A model generated the notes under the pieces. The model worked only from the letters and a program-made list of their open reading frames with translations, was not told where the DNA came from and ran no database searches. From Thermosulfurimonas dismutans (GTDB taxonomy: Bacteria > Desulfobacterota > Thermodesulfobacteria > Thermodesulfobacteriales > Thermodesulfobacteriaceae), in NCBI RefSeq assembly GCF_001652585.1, contig NZ_LWLG01000004.1, positions 83,464 through 115,463 on the forward strand: a stretch of 32,000 nt of DNA, written 5' to 3'. A program made the position numbers and the translations under genes. This document shows, piece by piece, positions 21,948-31,978 of this stretch (position 1 is its first letter; each line of letters starts with the position of its first letter).

Positions 21948-23572
21948 ACTTTCTTCTGTGGCGTGTCTTTCTCCTCCTCTTTCTTATTTTCTTGTTCCCC
22001 CTTAAGCTCCAGGCCTTGACAGCTTCGGAGAAGGCTTTTCTCTCAGCCAAAAAGGAACTCGAAAGGTTTGCCAAATCTCCCAGGGTCAAATACCGGCGCT
22101 ACTGGCTCAACATCATCAACCGATTTCGTCGGGTATATCTGAGGTATCCCGAAAGCCCTGAGGCCCCCAAGGCCCTAATCTGGACCGCTCGTCTGTACCG
22201 AAACCTTTACGGCTACTCTCACAACCAGAAAGATCTCAAGGAGGCCCTGCGGCGCTACCGCATGCTTTGGGAACATTATCCCAAGAGTGCACTTGCGGAT
22301 GACGCCCTTTATGAAGCTGCGGAGATCTACGAAAAGTTTCTCAAGGACCCTCAAAAGGTCCAGGAATTACGGGATATCCTCCTCAAACGTTACCCCAACG
22401 GTGACATGGCTCCCAAGGTTAGGGGGCCAAAGTCCACCCCGGAAACCTATTCTCCGAAAAAGCCGGACAAAGAACCAAAAATCTCTGGAAAGGCTCTAGT
22501 CAAGGGAGTGAGACACTGGTCAGGTGAGGATTACAGTCGAGTAGTAGTAGATCTCACCAAAAGGATTCACTTCGATGATCACGTGCTCAAAGCCCATCAG
22601 GGCAAACCTCCTCGGGTCTATGTGGACCTTAAGCCGGCAAGACTCTCCCCTTACGTGAAACCCGAAATTCCCATTCAGGATGGGCTCCTTACCAGGGTTC
22701 GTCTGGGCCAGTATCTCCCGGATACCGTAAGGGTAGTACTGGATCTCAAAAGTTTCACCTCTCACCGCACTTTTTACCTTGGCGATCCTCCGAGACTCGT
22801 CATTGACCTCATCGGGGAAGAGGCCGAAAAGGCCAGATTCAAACCTCTTCCGGCAGGCAAATACTCCTTGGCCCAGCAACTCGGACTCAAAATCCACCGT
22901 ATCGTGATAGATCCCGGACACGGAGGCCGCGATCCAGGGGCTCTTGGACTTTACGGGTTAAAGGAAAAACATATCACCCTTAAGGTCTCTAAATATCTAG
23001 CCGAGGAACTCAAGAACTGTCTCGGCTGCGAAGTCATTCTCACCAGGGATCGTGACATCTTCCTTCCCCTCATCAAACGGCCAGCCATAGCCAATCTAAA
23101 GAGAGCCGATCTCTTCGTTTCCATCCATGTGAACGCCGCTCCCAATCGGAAAAGCCGGGGCATAGAAACGTACTACCTTAGTTTTACTACCGATCCTGAA
23201 GCCATGCGGGTAGCGGCCCTAGAAAATGCGGTCTCCAACCAATCGTTAAGCGATCTCCAAAACCTCCTCAAAAAAATCCTTCGAAACACCAAGATCGAGG
23301 AATCAAAGAGACTGGCCCAAAAAGTTCAAACCGCCCTGGTAAAAAGGCTCTCCAGAAAATACCGGGGAGTACGAAATCTAGGGGTAAAAAAGGCCCCCTT
23401 CGTAGTTCTGGTGGGCACGCGAATGCCGGCCATCCTGGTGGAGATCTCCTTCATCACCAATCCCACCGAGGCCAAAAGACTGCGCTCTGAAGCCTATCTC
23501 CGAGAGGTAGCGCGAGGCATTGCCGAAGGCATAAAGAACTACGTGAGGGAAATCCAGGTGGCGGGGAAATGA
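21944..23572 (+). CDS. N-acetylmuramoyl-L-alanine amidase (signal peptide, TPR-like region, AMIN domain, Amidase_3)
   Basis: IVIDPGHGGRDPGA, DLFVSIHVNA, and an AMIN-like VRHWSGEDYSRVVVDL. Confidence 0.9.
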   Translation: MNFLLWRVFLLLFLIFLFPLKLQALTASEKAFLSAKKELERFAKSPRVKYRRYWLNIINRFRRVYLRYPESPEAPKALIWTARLYRNLYGYSHNQKDLKEALRRYRMLWEHYPKSALADDALYEAAEIYEKFLKDPQKVQELRDILLKRYPNGDMAPKVRGPKSTPETYSPKKPDKEPKISGKALVKGVRHWSGEDYSRVVVDLTKRIHFDDHVLKAHQGKPPRVYVDLKPARLSPYVKPEIPIQDGLLTRVRLGQYLPDTVRVVLDLKSFTSHRTFYLGDPPRLVIDLIGEEAEKARFKPLPAGKYSLAQQLGLKIHRIVIDPGHGGRDPGALGLYGLKEKHITLKVSKYLAEELKNCLGCEVILTRDRDIFLPLIKRPAIANLKRADLFVSIHVNAAPNRKSRGIETYYLSFTTDPEAMRVAALENAVSNQSLSDLQNLLKKILRNTKIEESKRLAQKVQTALVKRLSRKYRGVRNLGVKKAPFVVLVGTRMPAILVEISFITNPTEAKRLRSEAYLREVARGIAEGIKNYVREIQVAGK

Positions 23573-24768
23573 AAGTTCTTACCGGACTCGACCGCATCTT
23601 AAAAGATGCCCCCAACTGGCTTTTAGGCCGGAGAGTAGGTCTACTTTGCCATCAGGCCTCGGTAACCGCCGAACTCATTCCAGCCCATATGGCCTTAAAG
23701 GAGCTCCTCGGGAAAGGTCTTGTGCGACTATTTTCCCCCCAGCACGGTCTTTACGGTACCGATCAAGCCAACATGATCTCTTCCGAAGATTTTACTGATC
23801 CCTTGACCGGGGTTCCGGTGGTAAGCCTCTACGGCCCTCGTCTCAAACCCGAGAAGGCCCATCTTGAAGATCTGGATCTTATCTTGGTTGATCTCTGGGA
23901 TGTAGGCTGCCGGGTCTATACTTATCTCTGGACCCTCTATCTTCTACTGGAAGTCGCGGAGGAGGCCGGGGTGGAGATAGCCATCCTGGATCGTCCTAAT
24001 CCTCTGGGGGGATTCCTGGAAGGTCCGCTGCTTTCCCCGGAGTATTTTTCCTTCGTAGGGCTTTCCGAGCTCCCCCTGAGGCATGGCCTCACCCTGGGTG
24101 AGGCGGCTTTACTCTTCAAGACTCGCCGAAGACTCTCGCTTCCCCTACGAGTGGTCAAGGTTCAAGGTTGGCGTCGGGACCGACTCTTTCCCGAAACCGG
24201 GCTTACTTGGGTCATGCCCTCTCCCAACATGCCCACCTTTGAGACCGCCTTGGTCTATCCCGGGCAAGTCCTCCTTGAGGGCACCAATCTCTCCGAAGGC
24301 CGTGGCAGCACCCGCCCCTTTCAGCTCTTCGGGGCCCCTTGGCTCGACCAAAGAATTGTCCTCAAGAGAATTGAAAGATTCGATCTTCCCGGTGCAGTTT
24401 TAAGACCAACGGCCTTTAAACCCGTGTTCGACAAATGGCAAGGCCGAATCTGCTACGGCTTTGAAATCCACGTCCAAGCCCCTTATCGCTTTCAAGCGGT
24501 AAAGACCACCTTGCTGCTTCTCAGGATTATTAGGGAAACACACCCGGAGTTTACCTTCAGACTTCCCCCTTACGAATTCGAAGAAAAACACTTACCTATT
24601 GAAATAATTCTTGGTAAAAGGGAATTAGTGGACTTTATTAATGGCAAAATGGACCTCGAGGGGCTTGATTTTTATCTAAATGGGGGCTTAATTAAATACC
24701 GAAATGAGGCGGCCTCCCTGGCGATCTATGAGGGAGGCTTTTTTTATAGGGATGGCTGGTCGAAGTAA
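23569..24768 (+). CDS. DUF1343 family protein (YbbC/NamZ-like exo-N-acetylmuramidase)
   Basis: Length and overall pattern (GLLCHQASV..., PNMPT, EGTNLSEGRGSTRPF) fit DUF1343. Overlap-coupled to the amidase gene. Confidence 0.75.
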   Translation: MKVLTGLDRILKDAPNWLLGRRVGLLCHQASVTAELIPAHMALKELLGKGLVRLFSPQHGLYGTDQANMISSEDFTDPLTGVPVVSLYGPRLKPEKAHLEDLDLILVDLWDVGCRVYTYLWTLYLLLEVAEEAGVEIAILDRPNPLGGFLEGPLLSPEYFSFVGLSELPLRHGLTLGEAALLFKTRRRLSLPLRVVKVQGWRRDRLFPETGLTWVMPSPNMPTFETALVYPGQVLLEGTNLSEGRGSTRPFQLFGAPWLDQRIVLKRIERFDLPGAVLRPTAFKPVFDKWQGRICYGFEIHVQAPYRFQAVKTTLLLLRIIRETHPEFTFRLPPYEFEEKHLPIEIILGKRELVDFINGKMDLEGLDFYLNGGLIKYRNEAASLAIYEGGFFYRDGWSK

Positions 24769-25807
24769 AAACGGAAACGGGAACCGTTTTCCTCGGTTTC
24801 GTTCTAACCGGGAACGGCTAAACGCCCTTCTTTCCCTTTTCAAGAAGGAAGACCGAGTCCTCATCCTTATCTGGGCGGACCCGGACGCCCTGGCTAGCGC
24901 CCTAGCCATGAGACGCCTGCTTTCGCAAAGAGTGTCCCAGGTGGTCATCGCGCACGTAAATGAAATCCGGCGGGTGAACAACCAACTTATGATCAAACTC
25001 CTCAAGATCCCAGTAATGAAGAAGTCTCAAGTGGCCGTAAATGATTTCACCAAGAAAGTCCTTCTAGATTCGCAACCCACACACAACCCTGCTTTCGAGA
25101 ATATCGATTTCGACGTGGTCATTGATCACCATCCCCTAAACGATGGCTGGCAAGCCGCCTTTGCCGACATTCGCCCGGAATATGGGGCTACTTCCACCAT
25201 ACTTACGGAATATTTACGAACGGCTGGCATCAAACCTTCGGTAGCCTTGGCTACGGCCCTGGTTTACGGCATCAAGACCGATACCGACAACTTCGAGAAA
25301 CACTGTGCCCTCCAGGATGTCATCTGTTTCCACTATCTCTTCAAACGGCTCAATCGTCACCTCCTTCACAAGATAGAGTCTTCAGACATTCGTCGCTCGG
25401 AGCTGAAATATATCCGCCTGGCCCTGGACAATATGAAATTTCGCAAACAAAGGCTATTTACCCATGTAGGGAAAGTACCCAACGCCGACATCCTGGTGGT
25501 CATTGCTGACCTTCTAAATCACGTCCAAGAGGCCGGCTGGGTTTTCGTCTCCGGAGAACACCGCCAAAGACTCATTATCATCATCCGGTGCGACGGCTAT
25601 CGCAAAAATGCAGGCAGACTCGCGGAACGGGCCTTCGGTTCTTTAGGGTATGCCGGAGGACATCGGGAAAAGGCCCGGGCGGAAATCCCTCTTGAAAATC
25701 TAAAACTAAATGGGGATAAGACCATCAACACCCTCTTCTTAATCAAGCTTCTCAAGAAGCATTTCAAAGATCTCAAAAACGAGGCCAAAAAAAATGCCGA
25801 TTTTTGA
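24752..25807 (+). CDS. DHH-family phosphoesterase (NrnA-like)
   Basis: DPDALASALA (degenerate motif I), VVIDHHP (DHH motif), GIKTDT. Confidence 0.75.
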   Translation: MAGRSKNGNGNRFPRFRSNRERLNALLSLFKKEDRVLILIWADPDALASALAMRRLLSQRVSQVVIAHVNEIRRVNNQLMIKLLKIPVMKKSQVAVNDFTKKVLLDSQPTHNPAFENIDFDVVIDHHPLNDGWQAAFADIRPEYGATSTILTEYLRTAGIKPSVALATALVYGIKTDTDNFEKHCALQDVICFHYLFKRLNRHLLHKIESSDIRRSELKYIRLALDNMKFRKQRLFTHVGKVPNADILVVIADLLNHVQEAGWVFVSGEHRQRLIIIIRCDGYRKNAGRLAERAFGSLGYAGGHREKARAEIPLENLKLNGDKTINTLFLIKLLKKHFKDLKNEAKKNADF

Positions 25808-26168
25808 ATATCTTTGTCTCGAGTGCCGAAAAATTTCGGAACATCTAGTGTTTCGAGAAGAAGATTTCGAGCCCTACTGCCGAGGCTGCGGCTCCCGCAA
25901 AGTAAAAAAACTGGTCTCTCGAGTGAGAGTAAAACTCTCCCTGGATACCAGGCTTGAGCGGCTTGCAGATCCAGCCCTTCTTTCCGGAATTGATGAGGAA
26001 GACCCTAAGAGTATGATGCAATTCATGGAAAAAATGGGGGCGGAATTCGGAGAGGAACTTGGGGACGAGTTCGACGAGGTCATGGAGGGAGCTCGGGAGG
26101 AGATGGAAAGCGAACTTTCAGGCGAGAAAAAGGAGGAGGCCGGAGGCCTAGGTGAAGATGAAGATTGA
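25794..26168 (+). CDS. FmdB-family zinc-ribbon protein with an acidic tail
   Basis: MPIFEYLCLECRK...CRGCGS matches the CxxC-CxxC FmdB pattern. Confidence 0.75.
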   Translation: MPIFEYLCLECRKISEHLVFREEDFEPYCRGCGSRKVKKLVSRVRVKLSLDTRLERLADPALLSGIDEEDPKSMMQFMEKMGAEFGEELGDEFDEVMEGAREEMESELSGEKKEEAGGLGEDED

Positions 26169-26418
26169 GGAGGAGATAGAGATCAAGGGACGGTTAGGGC
26201 TACATGCCCGTCCGGCGGCCAAACTCGCCAAGGCCTTGAACGGCTTGAAGGCCCAGGTTCTGATTGGCCGTGGTGAGAAACTCGTGGACGCCCGAAGCAT
26301 TTTGGACGTACTCACGCTGGCGGCCTCCGCCGGGACTCGACTCAGGATTGTAGCCGAGGGTGAGGAGGCCGAAAAAGCGCTAAACGAAATAAAACGCGTG
26401 CTCGAGGCTTACGCATGA
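26152..26418 (+). CDS. ptsH: Phosphocarrier protein HPr
   Basis: GLHARPAAKL (active-site His). The start may be ATG 26158 instead of GTG 26152. Confidence 0.9.
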   Translation: MKMKIEEEIEIKGRLGLHARPAAKLAKALNGLKAQVLIGRGEKLVDARSILDVLTLAASAGTRLRIVAEGEEAEKALNEIKRVLEAYA

Positions 26419-28157
26419 AGGTCTTGAGGGGGCTCGGGGTTTCGGCTGGAGTAGCTGTAGGACCAGCCCATTTGATGTTCCCTGGACACATCAAGGTCTC
26501 TCGTACTCGGATCGCTCCAGAGGAAACCGAGTCCGAAATTGCCCGGCTCAAAAAGGCCATTGAGGCCACCGCCGAAGAAATCGAAAAACTCAAGAAAGAG
26601 CTTCCTCCCAATTTAGGAGAAGTCCATGCCATCCTTGAAGCCCAGCGTCTGATAGTCAAAGATCCCTCTTTGATTTCTGAGGCCGAGGAACTCATCCGGG
26701 AGGGCTTCAACGCGGAATGGGCGCTCTTTAAGGTCTTGAAAAGATACGAGAAGGCCTTCTCCGAACTCCCGGACGAATATTTTCGGGAAAGATATCGTGA
26801 TTTGGTTCAGATGGTAGAAAGGATCATCTCCACCCTCCAGGGGCATCGTGATCTCCCTAATGAGGAACGGGCTATCATCGTGGCCCAGGATCTTTCCCCT
26901 GCAGACACCGTAAGCCTCAAACCAGATTTCACCCTGGCCTTTGTGACCGAAGCCGGAAGCCGTACTTCCCACACGGCTATCGTGGCTAGAAGTTTGGGGA
27001 TCCCAGCTGTAGTCGCGGCCAAAGGTATACTCAAAGAGGTCTCGCCAGGAGACCTTCTGGCCATTGATGGCACCACAGGAGAAATTTTTATCAATCCCGT
27101 AGAAGAGATCATTTCGGAATTTTCCGAAAGGGCCAGACGTTTTGAGAGACTCAAGGTTCGCCTTCACCAAGTGGCTCACCTGAGCTCCGAAACCAAAGAT
27201 GGACGACGCATCATTCTCCGAGCCAATCTGGATCTCCCTGAGGAAATCCCTTTTGCCCGTGACTACGGGGCCGAGGGCATAGGTCTCTTCCGGACCGAAT
27301 ACCTATACGTGTCACGTCGGGAACTGCCTTATGAGGAGTTACTATTTGAGACTTATCGCCGGGTAGTGGAGGATATAGCTCCTCATCCGGTGACCATTCG
27401 TACCCTTGACCTTGGAGGAGACAAGTTTGCCTCAGTTCTGGACCTTCCAGAGGAAATCAATCCTGCTTTGGGGTTACGGGCCATACGTCTATGTCTTAAA
27501 GAAGACCATCTTTTTCGAACCCAACTTCGAGCCATACTTCGAGCTAGCGCTTACGGTAAGGTCAAGATCATGTTCCCGCTCATTTCTGGAGTGGCTGAAT
27601 TTCTGAGGGCACGAAATCTGGTGGAAGAGATCAAGGAAGAGCTGGCCCGGGAGGGCTTGCCCTTCGATCCGGAAGTCCCGGTAGGAGCTATGATCGAGGT
27701 ACCCTCCGCGGTAGCCGTGGCGGATCTCTTGGCCAGGGAGGCAGATTTCTTTAGCATAGGAACCAATGATCTCATCCAATATACCCTGGCCATCGATCGA
27801 GGGAACGAAGAGGTAGCCGAGCTATACGAACCCCTACATCCAGCCATCTTACGTTTCATTAAGACTACAGTCACGGCTGGCCATCGGGCTGGCATTCCGG
27901 TGGCTATGTGTGGAGAGATGGCTGGCGACCTTCTTTATGTACCCATTCTGGTTGGACTTGAGCTTGACGAACTCAGCATGAACCCCCAGAGTCTTCCGGA
28001 AGTCAAACTTTTCATACGAGAACTTGAGTTCAAAAAGTGTCGGGAACTGGTAGAAAAAGTCTTAAACCTTACCTGTCAGGACGAGGTTAAGGAAGCCGTC
28101 TCCGAAGTCTTTGGCCCCCATATTAGAAAATTCTCTAGATCCCTTTGGTTTGAATAA
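26415..28157 (+). CDS. ptsI: Phosphoenolpyruvate-protein phosphotransferase (PTS enzyme I)
   Basis: GSRTSHTAIVARSLGIPAVV (phospho-His), GTNDLIQY, CGEMAG. Confidence 0.95.
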   Translation: MKVLRGLGVSAGVAVGPAHLMFPGHIKVSRTRIAPEETESEIARLKKAIEATAEEIEKLKKELPPNLGEVHAILEAQRLIVKDPSLISEAEELIREGFNAEWALFKVLKRYEKAFSELPDEYFRERYRDLVQMVERIISTLQGHRDLPNEERAIIVAQDLSPADTVSLKPDFTLAFVTEAGSRTSHTAIVARSLGIPAVVAAKGILKEVSPGDLLAIDGTTGEIFINPVEEIISEFSERARRFERLKVRLHQVAHLSSETKDGRRIILRANLDLPEEIPFARDYGAEGIGLFRTEYLYVSRRELPYEELLFETYRRVVEDIAPHPVTIRTLDLGGDKFASVLDLPEEINPALGLRAIRLCLKEDHLFRTQLRAILRASAYGKVKIMFPLISGVAEFLRARNLVEEIKEELAREGLPFDPEVPVGAMIEVPSAVAVADLLAREADFFSIGTNDLIQYTLAIDRGNEEVAELYEPLHPAILRFIKTTVTAGHRAGIPVAMCGEMAGDLLYVPILVGLELDELSMNPQSLPEVKLFIRELEFKKCRELVEKVLNLTCQDEVKEAVSEVFGPHIRKFSRSLWFE

Positions 28158-28344
28158 CCTCAAGACGCCTCTTCATACGATCCAAAAGGAGCCTTAACTC
28201 GCTTCTTAATTCCGCAAGGCTCTGGTGTTTCCGGACATAGACTTTCTCCAACTCGGAAAGCCAATACTCTAGGACCTCTCTCTCGCGATTGACCAGCTCT
28301 TTTTGGACCTTCTTCTTGAGACTCTCAAGTAGTTTAGGATCCAT
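28135..28344 (-). CDS. Small coiled-coil hypothetical protein (69 aa)
   Basis: Starts 4 nt after the MBL gene stop. No Shine-Dalgarno and no motif. Its 3' end overlaps ptsI convergently. Confidence 0.4.
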   Translation of the reverse strand: MDPKLLESLKKKVQKELVNREREVLEYWLSELEKVYVRKHQSLAELRSELRLLLDRMKRRLEVIQTKGI

Positions 28345-28348
28345 ATTT

Positions 28349-29110
28349 TTAAATTGTAATGCACATGAGATCGGAAGCCAAGAGAATTTCTCCCGAAAAA
28401 TATTTTTGGGCCGGAGTTATGAGATCGACTTCATCGCAAGGGGGATAGAAATGGGAAAGGAGAAGACGCTTGACCTTGGCCTCTGCGGCCATGCGGGCGG
28501 CCACCGAAGGCGTAGAATGACCAGCCACCGGAACCTCCTCCGGGGTCGCACATTCGCAAATCATGAGATCGGCCCCGGAAGCCAGCTCCACGACCTTGGG
28601 AGCGTACTCCGTGTCTCCGGTATAAACCAAACTCTTACCCTCGGCTTCTATCCTTACGGCCAAGCTTTCAGGATTGTGCTTGGCTGGAGCGGTGAGTATA
28701 CCCAGGTTCGGAAACTCGAGTCTCGCCGTATCCTCCCTGGGTCTTTCGATAATTTCAAGAACGCCTTCCGGAGGTTCGATCCAGTGCCCAAAGGCTCCTT
28801 TGAGAGCCCTGTAAAAATCCCGGAAACCCATAGCCGAAATCAACCTTACCGGTTTCTCACGGACGAATCCCAATCGATAGCGGGTAGCAAAGAGGTAGGG
28901 TACCACATCCGCCACATGATCGGGGTGCCAGTGGGAAATGAAAATGATATCCAGCTCATTGATGTCCTTTCCGACCTCTACGAGGCGTCTCAACGTTCCC
29001 GGCCCGAAATCAAGAAGAAGACAATATCGCCCGGCCTCTACCAAATATCCGGCGGCATTCCTCTCCCGTCGAGGCCAGCCTGTCCCGGAGCCCAAAATCG
29101 TTAGTTTCAA
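28349..29110 (-). CDS. MBL-fold metallo-hydrolase (RNase Z-like)
   Basis: ISHWHPDHVADV is the HxHxDH motif, plus a TGDT motif. Confidence 0.85.
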   Translation of the reverse strand: MKLTILGSGTGWPRRERNAAGYLVEAGRYCLLLDFGPGTLRRLVEVGKDINELDIIFISHWHPDHVADVVPYLFATRYRLGFVREKPVRLISAMGFRDFYRALKGAFGHWIEPPEGVLEIIERPREDTARLEFPNLGILTAPAKHNPESLAVRIEAEGKSLVYTGDTEYAPKVVELASGADLMICECATPEEVPVAGHSTPSVAARMAAEAKVKRLLLSHFYPPCDEVDLITPAQKYFSGEILLASDLMCITI

Positions 29111-30591
29111 GCCCCCTCCGTTTGGTCCAAGATTTCGGAGATACGGCTTCCGCCACGCCTCAGGGCCTCTCGGGCCAGCACAAAAGCGGCCTCGGACTCC
29201 CCTCTTTGTTTATAAAGCAGGGCCAGATACGCCAGAGCCTCTGCTGGGGCTTCCCTTTCCAAAGAGACCGCTTTGAGACACTCAAAAGCCTCCTGAAACC
29301 GGCCAGCTTCATAAAGGAGCTTGCCTAAAAGGGTTTTGCCTCTCAAGGTCAAATCATTACGACCAAAGAGGAGGTCAAGGGCCTCCTCCTTTTGACCCGC
29401 TTGAGCAAGAGCCTTGGCCAGGGTTTCCACAAACAGCGATCTCGCAGGAGAAAGTTTAAAGGCCAAACGTAGGTATTGTAGGGCTTCGGAATCGTTCCTT
29501 TCCAAAAGGAGACTCCCCAGATTGAAATTGATAAGGGGATCGTCCGGGGCAAAAGAAAGGGCCTTACGAAAGGCCTCTTCGGCCTCCTCATAAAGTTCAA
29601 GGGTTTTGAGGATGAGTCCCTGGCTGTTAAAGAGGTCTGCCGGTTGCAGAGTACCTCCTTCGGCCAACCTGTAGGCCCAAAGAGCGGCCCCCATGTCTCC
29701 CCAGTCGGCATAAAGATCTCCCAAGACATGGTAGCTGAAGGGTTCAAACCTTACAAATCCGCCTCCCAGGCGTCGGGCATGTTCGTATGCGGCATACACC
29801 AAGGCCAGAGCCGGTCCCTCAAAGTCCCCCTCATAGATCCCTGCGCAAAGCCCCGTCGAGGTCCCCAAAATCTCTTCCAGCCCCTTGGGGGTCTTCAAAA
29901 GGAAGTGTTCCCCCAGAGCTATTCCTTCAACATCACCAGGGAGATGGCGAAGCTTTACGAAGATCAGCCTTCCCTTGCGACGCAGGAGTCTTTTTATGGC
30001 CTGGAAATTTTCGAAGAATGGCCGCAATTGGGTCTCGGCCTTCTGAGAAAGGAAGGTAAAACCGAAGAGTTTGGCCCAAGTAAGGCGAACAGATACTTCC
30101 TCTGAATTCTGGGAGCCGTTCAGGAATCCAGTTACAGCCACGAACTTTTTCCCAGCCCGCCAGTTATCTTTTAGAAAACGCGAGTTCTTTTTAAGAAAGG
30201 TTGGCAGAAAATAGCAATTATCGGAAAGCCTGAGAGTCCCCTCTGGAAGACATAGGCCGCGACCAGAAATGATAAGTCCGGATACCGGGGCCTCTTGAGT
30301 CATGAGATCCAGAACCTTCGGTCCAGGCCAACCATCATAGGCGGTCGTGAAAACCAGATTCTCCACCAGGATCCGAGCCATATTTTTAAGAACAGGGAGC
30401 CAGCGTCTGGACTCAGATAGGGGCTCTCGTTTCTCAAAAACCAGATTTGCGGGCACCCGGTTGAATATCAGAATCTGTCCCTCCTCCGGAAGCAGTCTTA
30501 CAGACTTTACGGGAGAGATCTTCCTGAGCTCGTTTTCAGCGGCTCTGAAATAGTAAGGCAAATAAAGTTCCCAGCCTCGGGGCTCAGGCAT
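29107..30591 (-). CDS. Protein with an unknown N-terminal domain (about 260 aa) and C-terminal TPR repeats
   Basis: Repeated TPR-like units (AEEAFRKALSFAPDDP, ALQYLRLAFKLSP, EAFECLKAV...). Overlaps both neighbouring genes. Confidence 0.8.
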   Translation of the reverse strand: MPEPRGWELYLPYYFRAAENELRKISPVKSVRLLPEEGQILIFNRVPANLVFEKREPLSESRRWLPVLKNMARILVENLVFTTAYDGWPGPKVLDLMTQEAPVSGLIISGRGLCLPEGTLRLSDNCYFLPTFLKKNSRFLKDNWRAGKKFVAVTGFLNGSQNSEEVSVRLTWAKLFGFTFLSQKAETQLRPFFENFQAIKRLLRRKGRLIFVKLRHLPGDVEGIALGEHFLLKTPKGLEEILGTSTGLCAGIYEGDFEGPALALVYAAYEHARRLGGGFVRFEPFSYHVLGDLYADWGDMGAALWAYRLAEGGTLQPADLFNSQGLILKTLELYEEAEEAFRKALSFAPDDPLINFNLGSLLLERNDSEALQYLRLAFKLSPARSLFVETLAKALAQAGQKEEALDLLFGRNDLTLRGKTLLGKLLYEAGRFQEAFECLKAVSLEREAPAEALAYLALLYKQRGESEAAFVLAREALRRGGSRISEILDQTEGA

Positions 30592-31978
30592 TCTCGCAAA
30601 GCCTCCTGAAGGCTTCTACCACCAGCGGGAACTCTTCCGGAAAAACCGTTCGCACCTCTAACAGGAACCGATCCTCTTCAATACGCCCCACCACCGGGGG
30701 ATCACCAGTCCGCAATTTTTCGTGCAGTTCCTCAGGGGAAAATTTCTCGGATTCTACAGCCACCGCAAAGGAATCGAGATCGGCTATGGGTAAGGCCCCG
30801 CCGCCGGTACGACAAACCGTAGGCACGACTTCAAACTTAAACCCCGGAAGAGAGGCCTTCACCAGCATCCGCTTAAGCCGTTGAGCCCGACGTTTGGCTT
30901 CCTCAGTCGAGAGAAAGATCATCCGCAAAGTAGGTATCCGCTCCAATGCCAGATTTTCATCAAGATAGAGCCGCAAAGTGGCCTCAAGCCCGGCAAGCGT
31001 CAGCTTATCGATTCGCAAGGCCCGGTTCAAAGGATTCTGCCTTATCCTTTCCACCAACTCCTTTCGGCCCACAATGATCCCGGCCTGGGGGGCACCTAGG
31101 AGCTTATCCCCAGAAAAGGTAACCACCTCTACCCCGGTTCTCACAATCTCCTGGACGGTAGGTTCCTTGCGCAGCCCGTAACGAGAAAAATCCACCAAAC
31201 ATCCGCTTCCGAGATCCTCCACCACCGGAATTCCGTAGCGACGTCCCAGTTCAACCAGTTCTTTACCAGAGACCTCTTTCGCAAAACCTACCACCGCGAA
31301 ATTACTGCGATGGACCTTCATCAAGAGGGCCGTATTTTCGTTTATAGCAGCCTCATAATCCTTAAGATGCGTACGGTTGGTAGTCCCCACCTCGCGAAGT
31401 CGACAACCCGCCCAGGCCATGACCTCCGGCATCCGAAAGGAGCCCCCGATCTCAACCAACTCGCCCCGGGATACGATGACCTCTTTGTCTTTGGCCAAAG
31501 TATTGAGAGTAATAAGGACCGCCGCGGCATTGTTGTTCACCACTAGGGCCTCCTCGGCCCCAGTAAGCTCACGCAGTAGGCCCACCACGTGCTCATACCG
31601 GCTTCCTCTACGGCCTTCTGAAAGGCGGTACTCTAGATTGGAATACCTCCTCGCTACGGCTACGATCTCCTCTAGGGCCTCTTCCGCTAACGGAGAACGA
31701 CCAAGATTGGTGTGCACCACCACGCCTGTGGCGTTCACCACCGGGCGCAAATGCGGCCGACTCTCCTCGGCCAAGATGCCTTCCGCAAGCCGCAGGACCT
31801 CTTCTTCGGAAAGGGAGGCCTTTCGGCCCTCGATAATCTCCTTCCGAAGGCGTTCAGTGGTAAGCCTTGCCGTCCGAGTATAAAAGACCTTAGGAAGCCC
31901 GGGGGTTGACTTTGCAAGCCTTTCGGCCAATACATGTACCGCCGGAATCTTAGCTAGCAATTTGCTCTTTTCATTCAT
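30584..31978 (-). CDS. selA: L-seryl-tRNA(Sec) selenium transferase
   Basis: VNATGVVVHTNLGRSPL, VNNNAAAVL, FSGDKLLGAPQAGII (PLP Lys). Confidence 0.95.
   Translation of the reverse strand: MNEKSKLLAKIPAVHVLAERLAKSTPGLPKVFYTRTARLTTERLRKEIIEGRKASLSEEEVLRLAEGILAEESRPHLRPVVNATGVVVHTNLGRSPLAEEALEEIVAVARRYSNLEYRLSEGRRGSRYEHVVGLLRELTGAEEALVVNNNAAAVLITLNTLAKDKEVIVSRGELVEIGGSFRMPEVMAWAGCRLREVGTTNRTHLKDYEAAINENTALLMKVHRSNFAVVGFAKEVSGKELVELGRRYGIPVVEDLGSGCLVDFSRYGLRKEPTVQEIVRTGVEVVTFSGDKLLGAPQAGIIVGRKELVERIRQNPLNRALRIDKLTLAGLEATLRLYLDENLALERIPTLRMIFLSTEEAKRRAQRLKRMLVKASLPGFKFEVVPTVCRTGGGALPIADLDSFAVAVESEKFSPEELHEKLRTGDPPVVGRIEEDRFLLEVRTVFPEEFPLVVEAFRRLCENA

Noticed and set aside
26613-29104. Antisense ORFs within ptsI (26613-27179, 26807-27154, 27489-27895) and within the MBL gene (28289-29104 +)
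   Set aside because: They lie opposite genes with unambiguous catalytic motifs, and they have no motifs of their own.
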